Positions 1-9,934 of a stretch of 64,000 nucleotides of DNA are shown here, piece after piece; the first letter of the stretch is position 1, and the number at the start of each line of letters is the position of its first letter. The position numbers and the translations under genes were made by a program. Source of the stretch: an uncultured delta proteobacterium (lineage in GTDB: Bacteria; Desulfobacterota; RBG-13-43-22); NCBI GenBank assembly GCA_963711835.1, contig CAVQFQ010000017.1:352001-416000 (forward strand), written 5' to 3'. The notes below the pieces were generated by a model. It was not told the origin of the DNA and did no database searches. It saw only the letters and a program-made list of their open reading frames with translations.

Positions 1-1261
1 TAAAGCCGATCCTCCTGAGATCACCGCCAATGAAAATCCACTCCTTTTTTAGGCTCTGCAAAGTCACCGGGTCGACAACCAAGGCCCCCTTTTCATCCAA
101 AAGGTCCTCGGCCTGTAAAGCCGCCCTATCCGCCCCTTGGCCGACGGTAATGATTAAGATATCTCCTTCCACGGTGATGGTGTCGGAAAGGTCAAACTGC
201 GGATTAAACCCCGTCTCGTCAAAGACACCGGCACAGCGGGGACATTCAATTTTTTGAATCCGTCCGCTCTCCCCGAGAATTTTGCTTACCCCGCGGGAAT
301 ATAAAATGTGGATCCCTTCCTCCCAGGCCCCCCTGATTTCTTCCCAGTCGGCCGGTATATGGTCCTTTGACTTCTTATCCTCGCATTCCAAACAGATTAT
401 GGTAGTCTCTCCGCCGAGTCTTCGGGCCGACCTGGCTACGTCAAAGGCCACGTTGCCGCCGCCGATAACCAGGACTTTTTTGCCCACGAAGTAATTTGGT
501 CTAATCTCGCCGTGACTGACTTCATAAAGAAAGGTAGTTCCGTACATAATCCCTGAAAGCGATTGGTCCTCCACCTTTTCTCTGCCGAAGGTCAGGGTTC
601 TCGGAGCCGGGGTGCCTTTGGCAATAAAGAAGGCTTTGTAGCCTTCGTTTCTTAGTTTTTCCAGGGTCAATTTTCCTTCACCCACGTTGGCATTGTATTT
701 AACGTCGATACCCGCAATGCGGACGAGATTATCGATGGCCGAGGTTAATACTTTCTCGGGCAAACGATACCGGGGTATCAACCATAGAGCCCCACCCAAG
801 CGGTCGGAGGCCTCGAACAGAGTCACCCGATAGCCTCTTTTGCTGAGATCAAAGGCGCACATCAGCCCTCCGGGTCCTCCACCGACAACGGCGACGTTCT
901 CTTTTTGTTTTATAAGGTTAAACTCTTCTTTCTGATTTAAATAGACGGTGTAGGTATCCGAAATGAATCTCTTTAAGAGCCTTCTTCGGATGGCGCCCCC
1001 CTTGGCCTGGTAATTACATTCCAGTTCGCATAAACCACAGACATACCCGCAGACGGTGAACAAGGGATTTTTTTCAAAGAGGTAGTCCCCGATCTGAATA
1101 ATGCCATCGCGGGCTAATTCCAGATCATCCGGAAGGAGCGAAATGAGAATATTGGTCCTTTGGATGTCTTCATTAATGGGACACTGCATCTGGCAGGGAG
1201 GTAAGAACTGCTTTACTGCCGGTTCCACACTGGCCAGACCTTGATGGATAGATTTCCACAT
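1..1261 (-). CDS. GltD/SudA/NfnB-like FAD- and Fe-S-containing NAD(P)H oxidoreductase, 3' end runs off the window
   Basis: Manual translation from the ATG at 1261 (GGAGG upstream): PPCQMQCP and CGYVCGLCELEC Fe-S motifs, VAVVGGGPGG FAD motif, VLVIGGGNVAFDVAR NAD(P) motif; not in the ORF track because no stop falls inside the window. Confidence 0.85.
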   Translation of the reverse strand, partial: MWKSIHQGLASVEPAVKQFLPPCQMQCPINEDIQRTNILISLLPDDLELARDGIIQIGDYLFEKNPLFTVCGYVCGLCELECNYQAKGGAIRRRLLKRFISDTYTVYLNQKEEFNLIKQKENVAVVGGGPGGLMCAFDLSKRGYRVTLFEASDRLGGALWLIPRYRLPEKVLTSAIDNLVRIAGIDVKYNANVGEGKLTLEKLRNEGYKAFFIAKGTPAPRTLTFGREKVEDQSLSGIMYGTTFLYEVSHGEIRPNYFVGKKVLVIGGGNVAFDVARSARRLGGETTIICLECEDKKSKDHIPADWEEIRGAWEEGIHILYSRGVSKILGESGRIQKIECPRCAGVFDETGFNPQFDLSDTITVEGDILIITVGQGADRAALQAEDLLDEKGALVVDPVTLQSLKKEWIFIGGDLRRIGF

Positions 1262-1340
1262 GAGTATCCATCCTCCTTTCTGAGGTTGCCTTTTTAGTGA
1301 TGAAATTGTTAATAGAAATATATATCTTTGTGAAAGAATT

Positions 1341-1356
1341 ATCAATATCCGTGCCA
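1341..1356 (-). promoter_or_regulatory. Candidate sigma-54 -24/-12 promoter for the GltD-like gene
   Basis: Minus strand reads TGGCACGGATATTGAT versus consensus TGGCACG-N4-TTGC; the -12 element deviates (GA for GC). Confidence 0.45.
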
Positions 1357-1518
1357 CAAAAGAGGTTGTCTAAAAATAATCAAGGGGCAAAAAAATGCAG
1401 TTAAATCAAATAGAAATAATTTCTCAAGAAAAACCTTCTCAGGAGGAGATGTTAAGAAAGTCTCCTAAAAGTTTCATTAGCGATTAAACAAGAGACAATT
1501 TGAATTCCAGTGGTACAG

Positions 1519-1548
1519 TTGACAGTTTAAGGGGTTCACGGATATACT
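1519..1548 (+). promoter_or_regulatory. Candidate sigma-70 promoter for the DUF853 gene
   Basis: TTGACA-18 nt-TATACT, about 30 nt upstream of the start codon. Confidence 0.55.
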
Positions 1549-1576
1549 ATTCAAAAAATCCGGAAGGAAGAAAGCC

Positions 1577-3046
1577 GTGGCAGAGAAACCTGTTCCTATT
1601 TTGATTGCCAAGGGGAAAAAAGATATTTCCATCCTGCCGAAGATGGCCAACCGACATGGTCTGATTGCCGGGGCCACAGGGACAGGCAAGACCGTAACCC
1701 TGAGGGTGCTTGCTGAACAGTTCAGCCGGATGGGGGTGCCGGTCTTTATGGCCGATGTCAAGGGGGACCTCTCCGGGATCTGTCTGCCGGGTGGAGATCA
1801 CCCCAAGGTGAATGAAAGGGTCCGGGAATTGGGTCTAAGCGACTTTACCTTTGAAGGATACCCGGTTGTTTTTTGGGATGTTTATGGAGAACAGGGACAT
1901 CCCATACGCACCACGGTGTCGGAGATGGGCCCGCTTCTCTTGAGCCGCATCTTGAACCTGAACGATGTCCAAAGCGGGGTACTCAGCCTGGTCTTTAAGG
2001 TGGCTGATGACCAAGGCCTGTTATTACTGGACCTCAAAGACCTGCGGTCCATGGTTCAGTTTGTGGGCGATCAGGCCGGGCAGTTCCGGACGGTTTATGG
2101 GAATATTTCCCCGGCCAGCATCGGGGCCATCCAGCGAAATCTCCTGAACCTCGAGGAGCAGGGGGGAGACCGGTTGTTCGGCGAACCGGCCTTAGTTTTG
2201 CAGGACTTCATGCAAACCGATTCCCAGGGCCGGGGTATGATCAACATCCTGACGGCTGACCAATTGATGCAATCTCCACGCACCTATGCCACCCTTTTGC
2301 TCTGGATGCTTTCGGAACTTTTCGAACAACTCCCTGAAGTAGGAGATCCTCCGAAACCCAAGCTGATTTTTTTCTTTGATGAAGCCCATCTGCTGTTTAG
2401 CGACCTGCCTGAAGTCCTGGAAGAAAAAATCGAGCAGGTAGTGCGCATCATTCGATCCAAGGGCGTAGGTATCTATTTTGTAACCCAGAATCCTTTGGAC
2501 CTTCCCGAAAAGGTCTTGGGCCAGTTGGGCAACCGGGTGCAACATGCCCTGCGGGCCTTTACTCCCAAGGACCAAAAAACCGTTAAAGCAGCAGCCGAAA
2601 CCTTCCGGGCCAATCCTACCCTGGATGTGGTTGAGGCTATTATGGAGCTGGGGGTGGGCGAAGCCCTGGTCTCCGTGCTGGACGAAAAAGGTTCCCCCAC
2701 GATGGTAGAACGATCCTTGATCGTTCCTCCGAGGAGCCGCCTTAATCCTTTAAGTGTCGAGGAACGGAGCCGGATTATTCAAAATACCCCCTGGTACGGC
2801 CACTATGAAAAGACGGTAGACCGAGAATCGGCCTATGAGAAACTAAAGGTCAGGGCGGAGCAGATTCAAGCTGCTTCCGAAGATGAGGCCACGGCAAAGC
2901 GGACCCAAAAGGAACCCCGATCTCAAACCGGGACTCTGGTACAAGCTATGGCCAAAAGCGCCGCCCATGCCATCGGCAGCCAGATTGGCCGGCAGATTAT
3001 TCGGGGCGTACTGGGGTCATTATTCGGCGGGGGCCGGCGGAAATAA
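1577..3046 (+). CDS. DUF853/YjgR-family HerA-like P-loop ATPase
   Basis: [16 protein letters not shown] Walker [11 protein letters not shown] Walker B, IRSKGVG and [15 protein letters not shown] family motifs. Confidence 0.92.
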   Translation: MAEKPVPILIAKGKKDISILPKMANRHGLIAGATGTGKTVTLRVLAEQFSRMGVPVFMADVKGDLSGICLPGGDHPKVNERVRELGLSDFTFEGYPVVFWDVYGEQGHPIRTTVSEMGPLLLSRILNLNDVQSGVLSLVFKVADDQGLLLLDLKDLRSMVQFVGDQAGQFRTVYGNISPASIGAIQRNLLNLEEQGGDRLFGEPALVLQDFMQTDSQGRGMINILTADQLMQSPRTYATLLLWMLSELFEQLPEVGDPPKPKLIFFFDEAHLLFSDLPEVLEEKIEQVVRIIRSKGVGIYFVTQNPLDLPEKVLGQLGNRVQHALRAFTPKDQKTVKAAAETFRANPTLDVVEAIMELGVGEALVSVLDEKGSPTMVERSLIVPPRSRLNPLSVEERSRIIQNTPWYGHYEKTVDRESAYEKLKVRAEQIQAASEDEATAKRTQKEPRSQTGTLVQAMAKSAAHAIGSQIGRQIIRGVLGSLFGGGRRK

Positions 3047-3129
3047 GAAAATCGGCTTTACTTTTTTCCGGGTCTCATTTACTTTTAAGCATCACAATTT
3101 TTTTATTAAAAGAAAAGGAGGTAGGGGAG

Positions 3130-3447
3130 ATGAAGCGAATTCTATTGGTCATGGCAGCGGTTGTTTTGTTTGCAACCTGGGCTTTCGCCGGTGCGCCCAA
3201 GGGCTATCAGGTAACCGGGCCGGTGCTGGACATCAAAGATGATGTCATTACCGTCCAAAAAGGGGATGACAAATGGGAACTGGCCAAGGACAAAGATACC
3301 AAAGTGACGGGTGATCTGAAGGTGGGGTCCAAGGTATTGATCCAATATCAAATGAAGGCCAGTAGTATCGAAGTAAAGGATGCCGCGAAGAAAGAAGAAC
3401 CCAAGAAAGCGGAGCCTAAAAAGGAAGAACCCAAGAAGAAAAAATAA
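3130..3447 (+). CDS. Small secreted protein (OB-fold-like) with a KKEEPKK low-complexity tail
   Basis: RBS, signal peptide ending AWAFA-like, Lys/Glu/Pro repeats at the C-terminus. Confidence 0.75.
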   Translation: MKRILLVMAAVVLFATWAFAGAPKGYQVTGPVLDIKDDVITVQKGDDKWELAKDKDTKVTGDLKVGSKVLIQYQMKASSIEVKDAAKKEEPKKAEPKKEEPKKKK

Positions 3448-3460
3448 GTCCAACGTTTAA

Positions 3461-3503
3461 GGGGCAGCGGCCTTGCAGTTCATAGAGGCCGTTGCTCCTT
3501 TTG
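3461..3503 (+). terminator. Intrinsic terminator hairpin
   Basis: GGGGCAGCGGCCT...AGGCCGTTGCTCC followed by TTTT, between convergent genes. Confidence 0.55.
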
Positions 3504-3533
3504 CCGCTTTCCCCCCAAAGGTCCATTCCGAAT

Positions 3534-3947
3534 TCATCTCTTTCCGTCTTGGTTACGATAAGATCCCTGGGCATCTTGGATGTGGGCGATAAGTTCGGCC
3601 ACCATGTTTTTCAAGGGTTCAGGATTGAGAAAATCTCCGGCCCAGGCATAGGCCTGAAGGAGACGGAATAGGCCGCTCCAGAGGCTTTCAAATCCTTCCC
3701 GGCCGGGTTGACAAACCTGACCGATGGGGCAGAGATTGCAGGCATTGCGGGATTCCAGATCCAGACAGAAGGGGATCGGGACCTGGGCGGCTTCCAGGAT
3801 GCTGACAAAATCCTCCTGGGAAAAGGCTGTGGCCAGGAAGGATTGAATGCGGAACCATTTGTCCAGAACCAGCCGGAAGGGGTCTTCCTGCCTTTGGTGC
3901 CGGGCATGCATCTCTTCAGAGGTCATCAGTTTTACTTCTTTGATCAT
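3534..3947 (-). CDS. Hypothetical protein with a Cys cluster (C-x8-CxxCP-x4-C)
   Basis: 137-aa ORF filling the gap; possible metal-binding motif. Confidence 0.6.
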   Translation of the reverse strand: MIKEVKLMTSEEMHARHQRQEDPFRLVLDKWFRIQSFLATAFSQEDFVSILEAAQVPIPFCLDLESRNACNLCPIGQVCQPGREGFESLWSGLFRLLQAYAWAGDFLNPEPLKNMVAELIAHIQDAQGSYRNQDGKR

Positions 3948-3966
3948 AGGGTGAATCCTGTTAGGC

Positions 3967-4088
3967 TAGATTCTTGCGTCTTTTGGTCCGAGAGTTTATC
4001 TCTAACTTTCCAAAATCAAGTGTAGGGGGGGACCCCCCTAGACTATTTCTTCAGGATTTTAAAAAAAATTGCAAATATCTTTGGTTAG
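3967..4088 (-). repeat. ~120-bp dispersed repeat, copy 1 (leader-positioned)
   Basis: Reverse complement of 32507-32623, including the identical block TTTATCTCTAACTTTCCAAAATCA. Confidence 0.85.
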
Positions 4089-4177
4089 GGTTTCAGAATG
4101 ATGGCCGGGAAGGCCGCCTGCAGCCAACCTTTTTATCTTAGCACGACCCCCATTTCTTTAAAACAAAAATGGAGTTT

Positions 4178-4497
4178 GTCCCAACGTTACGTGATTTTTA
4201 AGCCATCCATTCATAGAGGGCTTCGGGGGTCTTGATTTCAAGGTTGTCCGAAAGGTAATCCGTAGCCCCAACCCGGCCCGAATTTCTAAGTTGGTAGGGA
4301 GCCGGGCATTCACCCAGGACGATAAATCGCTTTGGTGTTGGCCTGTTTCTAAACCCCATTATAAACTTCCTGCCCGGGTTCAGGCTGCCAGTGTTTTGGC
4401 GGACAATCCTTGAAATCAAGACCCCTGAAGCCCTTTAAGGTGATTTTATATTTTAAGGCGCTAGTCCTTCGGTTTGGGAATCACGTAACTTTGGGAC
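4178..4497. mobile_element. MITE-like nested element, copy 1 (outer TIR GTCCCAA[A/C]GTTACGTGATT; inner hairpin element 4217-4434)
   Basis: 19-bp outer inverted repeats; ~34-bp inner inverted repeats; homologous to 8754-9134 and 42721-43040. Confidence 0.85.
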
Positions 4498-4665
4498 TAG
4501 CCGCAAAAAAGATAGGACGAAACAGGGGCGCGGCGCTCTTAGGGAGCACCTGCCGGGAATTATTACCGTCTTACCATAGGATAGAAAGTTTGATATACTA
4601 TAAAAAGAAAGGGTTGTTTCGTTAGGCTGCGGCCCATTCAAGAAAATGGTTAAGAGGAGGATGTG

Positions 4666-5253
4666 ATGGCTAAACGGTTTAAACTTGGATTGCTTTGTTT
4701 TTTGTTGCTTTTGATGTTTTCAGGCTGCGGCTATAATACCATTCAAACCAACGAGGAGGGGGTCAAGGCCGCCTGGGGGGATGTGGAGGCGACCTATCAA
4801 AGGAGGAATGATTTGATACCCAATCTGGTGGAAGTCGTTAAGACCTATGCCAAACACGAGAAAGAGACGCTGACGGCTGTTACGGAAGCCAGGGCCAAGG
4901 TCGGAACTATTCAGGCGGGTAAGGAGCTCCTGAACGACCCCCAGGCCTTCAAGCAGTTTCAGGAGGCCCAGTCCGGCATGAGCAGCGCCCTTTCCCGTTT
5001 GCTGGTGGTGGCGGAAAACTATCCGGATCTCAAGGCCAATCAGAATTTTCTCGACCTTCAGCATCAACTGGAAGGAACGGAAAACCGGATCAATGTGGCC
5101 CGGGGCCGCTATAACAAAGCCGTTGAGGTGTTCAATTCCTCCATCCGAATTTTCCCCAACAGCCTGACCAATAAGTTTTTATTGGGTTTGAAACTCAAGG
5201 AACCTTTTAAGGCCGAAGCCGGGGCCGAAAAGGCGCCGCAGGTGAAATTTTGA
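4666..5253 (+). CDS. lemA: LemA family lipoprotein
   Basis: Lipobox-like [44 protein letters not shown]. Confidence 0.93.
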   Translation: MAKRFKLGLLCFLLLLMFSGCGYNTIQTNEEGVKAAWGDVEATYQRRNDLIPNLVEVVKTYAKHEKETLTAVTEARAKVGTIQAGKELLNDPQAFKQFQEAQSGMSSALSRLLVVAENYPDLKANQNFLDLQHQLEGTENRINVARGRYNKAVEVFNSSIRIFPNSLTNKFLLGLKLKEPFKAEAGAEKAPQVKF

Positions 5254-5255
5254 TC

Positions 5256-5397
5256 CAACCCTCCCCTCAATTCCGCCTCGGCGGATCTTCTTCCCCTCCG
5301 ACTCGGCTGAGCTCGTCGGAGGCCATCCAGGCCTTTCCCCCGGCCTGTCTGCCTGGACTGCCGAAGCAGGCGGGAGAGGGAAGAGAGAGGGGAAAGG
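5256..5397. repeat. REP-like mosaic of short palindromes within CT-rich/GA-rich arms
   Basis: TCCGCCTCGGCGGA, CCTCCGAC...GTCGGAGG and CTGCCTG...CAGGCGG hairpins; similar architecture at 14884-14998 and 28296-28345. Confidence 0.55.
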
Positions 5398-5401
5398 GAT
5401 A

Positions 5402-6271
5402 ATGAAAACAAGAGCGGCCCTGCTGATCTTTCTTATTCTTTGCCAACCTCTCTTTTCCTTTGCCTTGGAAGTTCCCAAACTCCAGGGCCATATCAATGAT
5501 TATGCCGGGATGATTTCCCCGGCGACCGAAAGCCGCCTGGCGGAGGAATTAAAGGCCTTTGAAGAGAGCGATTCCACCCAGATCGTAATTCTGACCGTCC
5601 CCTCGTTGGAAGGGGAAAATATCGAAAGCTTCGGGATCAAGGTAGCCGAAGCCTGGAAGATCGGGCAAAAAAATAAAGACAACGGCCTGATCCTGATTGT
5701 GGCTAAAGAAGAGCGCAAGATCCGGATCGAGGTGGGAAAAGGATTGGAAGGGCGCCTGACGGATTTGCTGGCCGGGAGGATCATTGATCTCTCCATAAAG
5801 CCCAGATTCAAAAGGGGGGACTTTGAGGGCGGATTCACGGCCGGTGTTTCCTCTCTGATTGACGCCGCTCGGGGAGAATTTAAAGCCGGGGATCATCCCG
5901 GCGCCAAAAATGAAAAAGGCCTGCCTTCCTTCTTTACCCTGTTCATTGTACTGGGGGTCGCCCTGTTGGTCCTGGGAAGCCTTTCCCGTGTTTTGGGAGG
6001 GGCGGTCGGGGCCTTGGGGCTGCCTCTGATTATGCAGGGTATCCTCTCTTTGAAGCTTCTAACCCTCGTCCTGTTCGGCCTGCTGGGTCTGGCCATTGGG
6101 ATTATGTTGCCGGCCCTTTTTTCATTGGGCGGCCTCCAGGGCCGGGGCGGCTTATGGTCCGGTGGAGGTTTTTTCGGATCCGGCGGCGGAGGGAGCAGCG
6201 GGGATTGGGGCGGGGGGTTCAGCGGTGGAGGAGGGGACTTCGGAGGCGGAGGCGCTTCCGGGGACTGGTAA
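5402..6271 (+). CDS. TPM-domain (YgcG-like) membrane protein with Gly-rich tail
   Basis: Signal peptide, WKIGQKNKDNG, IRIEVGKGLEG, C-terminal GGGGDFGGGGASGDW; follows lemA. Confidence 0.92.
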   Translation: MKTRAALLIFLILCQPLFSFALEVPKLQGHINDYAGMISPATESRLAEELKAFEESDSTQIVILTVPSLEGENIESFGIKVAEAWKIGQKNKDNGLILIVAKEERKIRIEVGKGLEGRLTDLLAGRIIDLSIKPRFKRGDFEGGFTAGVSSLIDAARGEFKAGDHPGAKNEKGLPSFFTLFIVLGVALLVLGSLSRVLGGAVGALGLPLIMQGILSLKLLTLVLFGLLGLAIGIMLPALFSLGGLQGRGGLWSGGGFFGSGGGGSSGDWGGGFSGGGGDFGGGGASGDW

Positions 6272-6279
6272 TCAACTAA

Positions 6280-6567
6280 AGGGTTCAAGGGTCCAAGGAT
6301 TCGAGGGGTCGAGGGAAAATCAGGCTGCCGGCGTTTTGGCGGATAATCCTCGAAATCAAGACCCCGTAAACCCTCTATACTACTAATGTGTATTTTCTCT
6401 AACTTTTATTAAACTTTTTTGTGATAGGTCTTCAACCTGTTTGGATCATTCGAATTTTGGTCATTTGAATTTGTTTCGTATTTCGAATTTCGTGCTTCGG
6501 ATTTGATTGCGGCTTTGCCGCGCTGAGAATGGATAGCTTAAAAATTAGGTAACGTTGGGACAAACTC
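6280..6567. repeat. Intergenic mosaic: 8-mer GGTTCAAG-type repeats, a fragment of the inner hairpin element (6320-6374), a TTCGAAT-type heptamer tract (6440-6505) and a solo outer TIR (6549-6567)
   Basis: CAGGCTGCCGGCGTTTTGGCGGATAATCCTCGAAATCAAGACCCC matches 4381-4425; GTAACGTTGGGACAAACTC is the reverse complement of 4172-4190. Confidence 0.7.
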
Positions 6568-6574
6568 TAAAGTT

Positions 6575-7206
6575 ATGAACGCTGAAAATTTTTTTAGTCG
6601 GGAAGAAAAGGATAGGTTATAAAAAAAACAACCCGAAAGGTTGAGACCCGAACCATGGGAGAGATCGCGGTCATGGTAGTCGATCGCAGCGATCCTTACC
6701 TGGAGGCTGAAATAGGCGGCGGTGTTCTTCTGGGAAGTCTCCTGAGTATAGCGGTGACCCTATTATTTTTTCATTCCTCCCTCTGGACCTATATCCCCTT
6801 GAGTCTGGTGTTATTCTTTCCCTTTCGCTGGATTATAGCCGGAACCCCCGGTCTCAAAAGGATTTTTATCCTTCCCTTAAAAAAAGAGGAGTCTGTTCGA
6901 AAAAGAGCCCTGCTGGCTTTTTATGAAAAAGGCCTGTACCGGACCCGGCTCAATACAGGGGTCTTGTTTTTCATTTCCTTATTGGAGAAAAAGGTCTGGG
7001 TCCTGGCGGATAAGGGCATTTACGAGAAAATTCAGCAGGAGACCCTGGACCGATTCGCCGATAACGTATCGCAGGGAATCAGACTGGGGCGGGCCTGTGA
7101 GACCTTGTGTCAGGCCATAGAGGAGATGGGGGAACGGCTGGCCGAACATTTTCCCCTAATAGAAGGGGATATAGATGAGTTGCCGGATGAAGTCTTAACC
7201 GAATAA
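6575..7206 (+). CDS. Second TPM-domain membrane protein, with an apparent frameshift near 6617-6628
   Basis: MNAENFFSREEKDR in one frame continues as KTTRKVETRTMGEIAVMVV in another; family motifs TGVLFFISLLEKKVWVLADKGI and DELPD. Confidence 0.8.
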
Positions 7207-7288
7207 ATAAATGATTCATATCTCCCACCCCCCAGAACACCTGTTCACTCGAGTTCAGACCGATTGCTAACCTACCCAACCCACTGCG

Positions 7289-8620
7289 ATGGTGAAGGAT
7301 ACAGAACTTAAAATAAAATCCAAGAAGCGGGTGATCCTGTTTACCCGCTACCCGATTCCGGGAAAGACCAAGACCCGTCTTATCCCTGCCCTGGGGCCGG
7401 AGGGTTCTTGTGATCTGCACCGTCACCTGGTTCATCACCTGCTCCGGATGCTTAAGCCTTATACGGATTCAAGCCAGATTTCCCTGGAAATTCGTTTCGA
7501 AGGGGGGACCTGTTCCCTGATGGAACAATGGCTGGGAGTCGGTCTTTCGTATGTCCCCCAGGGAGAGGGTGATTTGGGTCTGCGCATGGAGCGGGCTTTT
7601 GATGAGGCTTTTAACAAAGGCGATGAACGGGTGGTCCTGATCGGCAGTGATTGTCCGGCCCTGACCGGAAGGCAATTGGATGAAGCCCTGGCCGGGCTCA
7701 ACCAGAAGGATCTCGTCCTGGGTCCGGCCCAAGATGGAGGCTATTATCTTGTCGGCCTGCGACACCGGGCGCCGGGCTTATTTCAGAATAGGCCCTGGGG
7801 GACCGATCAGGTGCTGACAGAAACCCGGCAGGCGGCTGAAAGACAGGGCCTGAAGATCCTCTTATTGGAAAGCCTTTCGGATGTGGATCGCCCTGAGGAT
7901 CTTTCTTGCTGCCCAAAGACCTTTTTCTCCCGGACAGCCCCGCAGGCGGAGATGTCAATTATCATCCCGGCCTTGAATGAAGAGGTTTTTCTCGACGACA
8001 CCCTGGCCGGCATTCCCAAGGACCCGGACCTGGAAGTGATCGTCGTTGACGGCGGCAGCCGGGATAGGACCAGGGAACTGGCCTCGGCAGCCGGAGCCGG
8101 TCTCATTTCAAGCCTGCCGGGACGGGCCAGACAGATGAACACAGGGGCCAGGGCGGCCCGGGGCAGGGTCCTGCTTTTCCTTCATGCCGATACCCGGCTG
8201 CCTCAGGGATTCCGGGATCATGTCGGCCGGGTGCTGTCCGGTCCGGGGGTGGCGGCCGGGGCCTTTCAATTATCCATTACCCCCTCTCTTCCGGGTTTGA
8301 AAACCATTGAGCGCTTGGCCAACTGGCGCTCCAAGGTCCTCCAGTTGCCGTATGGGGACCAAGCCCTGTTCCTGGAGGCAGCTCTATTTCACAGTCTTGG
8401 AGGATACGCCGAATTGCCTATCATGGAGGACCTGGACCTGATTCAACGGCTGCGCCGATGCGGCCGTATTGCCATAGCCCCGATTCCCGTTGTTTCATCG
8501 TCCCGCCGCTGGCAGGCTGAGGGGATCTGGAAAAGGACCTGGAAAAATCAGGTGATCCTGATCGGTTATTTTGGGGGAGTTTCCACCGGCCGTTTGGCCC
8601 GCTGGTATCACCGAAAATAG
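7289..8620 (+). CDS. Fusion of TIGR04282 (DUF2064/CofC-like) and TIGR04283 GT2 transferases (rSAM/selenodomain- or arsenosugar-associated)
   Basis: FTRYPIPGKTKTRL, QGEGDLG, IGSDCP, GPAQDGGYYL, DVDRPEDL; then SIIIPALNEE, VVDGGSRD, GRARQMN, FLHADT, PYGDQ, PIMED. Confidence 0.88.
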   Translation: MVKDTELKIKSKKRVILFTRYPIPGKTKTRLIPALGPEGSCDLHRHLVHHLLRMLKPYTDSSQISLEIRFEGGTCSLMEQWLGVGLSYVPQGEGDLGLRMERAFDEAFNKGDERVVLIGSDCPALTGRQLDEALAGLNQKDLVLGPAQDGGYYLVGLRHRAPGLFQNRPWGTDQVLTETRQAAERQGLKILLLESLSDVDRPEDLSCCPKTFFSRTAPQAEMSIIIPALNEEVFLDDTLAGIPKDPDLEVIVVDGGSRDRTRELASAAGAGLISSLPGRARQMNTGARAARGRVLLFLHADTRLPQGFRDHVGRVLSGPGVAAGAFQLSITPSLPGLKTIERLANWRSKVLQLPYGDQALFLEAALFHSLGGYAELPIMEDLDLIQRLRRCGRIAIAPIPVVSSSRRWQAEGIWKRTWKNQVILIGYFGGVSTGRLARWYHRK

Positions 8621-8753
8621 ACCGGCCATTTCTTTAGAAAACAACGATCTGCCTATCGATCCCAGGTTGAACCGTAATGCCCGTAATAAGCCTTTTTTGA
8701 ATGGAGATTGCATTTTCTTCCCGATGAATTATAATAATAAAACTTTTGGGATA

Positions 8754-9134
8754 GTCCCAAAGTTACGTGATTCTCAAACCGAAGGAGTAGCCTCTTAAAA
8801 TATTAAGTTACCCCAAAGGGCTTCAGGGGTCTTGATTGCAAGGATTGTCCGCCAAAACGCCGGCAGTCTGAACCCGGGCAGGAAGTTTATAATGGGGTTT
8901 AGAAACAGGCCGACACCAAAGTCCCGCCTTTGGCGGGATGAATGCTTGGCTCCCAACCAACTTAGTCCGCCGCGGCGGACGGGCCGGGTTCTTCGCATCC
9001 AAAACAATGCTCAGTCCCACTCCTGCGGAGTGGATCCCAGTTTGGGGCTACGGATTACCGTTCGGACAACCTTGCAATCAAGACCCCTGAAGCCCTCAGC
9101 GAATGGTTGCTTAAAAATCACGTGACCTTGGGAC
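8754..9134. mobile_element. MITE-like nested element, copy 2 (inner element 8817-9096 carrying extra small palindromes)
   Basis: Outer TIRs GTCCCAAAGTTACGTGATT / AATCACGTGACCTTGGGAC; inner arms AGGGCTTCAGGGGTCTTGATTGCAAGG / CCTTGCAATCAAGACCCCTGAAGCCCT. Confidence 0.85.
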
Positions 9135-9168
9135 AGCCTCAAACTTTTTGATTCAGAAAGGACACGCC

Positions 9169-9417
9169 ATGCCGCCCGTCAAAATGTATACTTTAAGTAC
9201 CTGCAGCCACTGTAGAAATACAAAAAAATTTTTGAATGACTGCGGGGTGGCCTATGATTTTGTGGATGTGGACCTCCTCCAGGGAGAGGAACGGGCCGCC
9301 ATGATCGAAGAGGTCAAAAAATATAATCCCAATTGTTCTTTTCCCACTCTGCTGATCGGAGATAAAGTCATCGTCGGCCACCGGGAAGACGAAATCAAGG
9401 AGGCCCTGGGTCTATGA
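9169..9417 (+). CDS. Glutaredoxin/NrdH-like redoxin
   Basis: YTLSTCSHC active site, SFPT cis-Pro motif. Confidence 0.9.
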   Translation: MPPVKMYTLSTCSHCRNTKKFLNDCGVAYDFVDVDLLQGEERAAMIEEVKKYNPNCSFPTLLIGDKVIVGHREDEIKEALGL

Positions 9418-9749
9418 ACGAGGTGGAACAACTCCAGGCCATGCTGAAGAAAGTCCAGGAACCCAAGGGCTATTTTTTCAACCAGGATAGAGAAAGGGTT
9501 ATTGATCTCCTGGCCGCTCTCCTGGAAAATAAAAGGCGCTACGGATATATGTGCTGTCCCTGCCGTCTGGCCTCCGGAGACAGAAAACTGGATGAAGACA
9601 TCATCTGCCCCTGCCGCTACCGGGAGGAAGATGTAAAGGAATATGGGAGTTGTTACTGTAATCTTTATGTATCTCAGGATTGGAATCAGGGCCGGACAGC
9701 CCATGTCTATGTCCCGGAGCGGCGGCCTTTATCCAAACTGCCCTATTGA
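9414..9749 (+). CDS. Ferredoxin-thioredoxin reductase catalytic-subunit family protein
   Basis: CPC, CPC and CYC motifs; ATGA overlap with the redoxin gene. Confidence 0.9.
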   Translation: MNEVEQLQAMLKKVQEPKGYFFNQDRERVIDLLAALLENKRRYGYMCCPCRLASGDRKLDEDIICPCRYREEDVKEYGSCYCNLYVSQDWNQGRTAHVYVPERRPLSKLPY

Positions 9750-9934
9750 GGAGGTCCTCTATCAAAGGTCCAACCGGCGGCAACCGAGAATTTTTTCAAC
9801 ATACCTTTACAAAGATAGCCCGAATGCTTAGTATAAAAATGCTAATTAGAAAGGGAGGTTAGCTTTTTTATTAGATCAGGAACCGGTAAGGATTCGTTGA
9901 AAAGAAAAAGCGATCCTGCCCGCTGTCCCGGTCA

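Noticed and set aside
1327-1346. TTTGTGAAAGAATTATCAAT as a possible Rex operator
   Set aside because: Only one half-site matches TTGTGAA-N4-TTCACAA; too weak to call.
4198-4419. Similar short ORFs 'SRIVRQNAGSLNPGRKF...' at 4198-4419, 8832-9125 and 42775-42999
   Set aside because: They are translations of the non-coding repeat; no RBS, TTG-type starts, and the frame is not preserved across copies.
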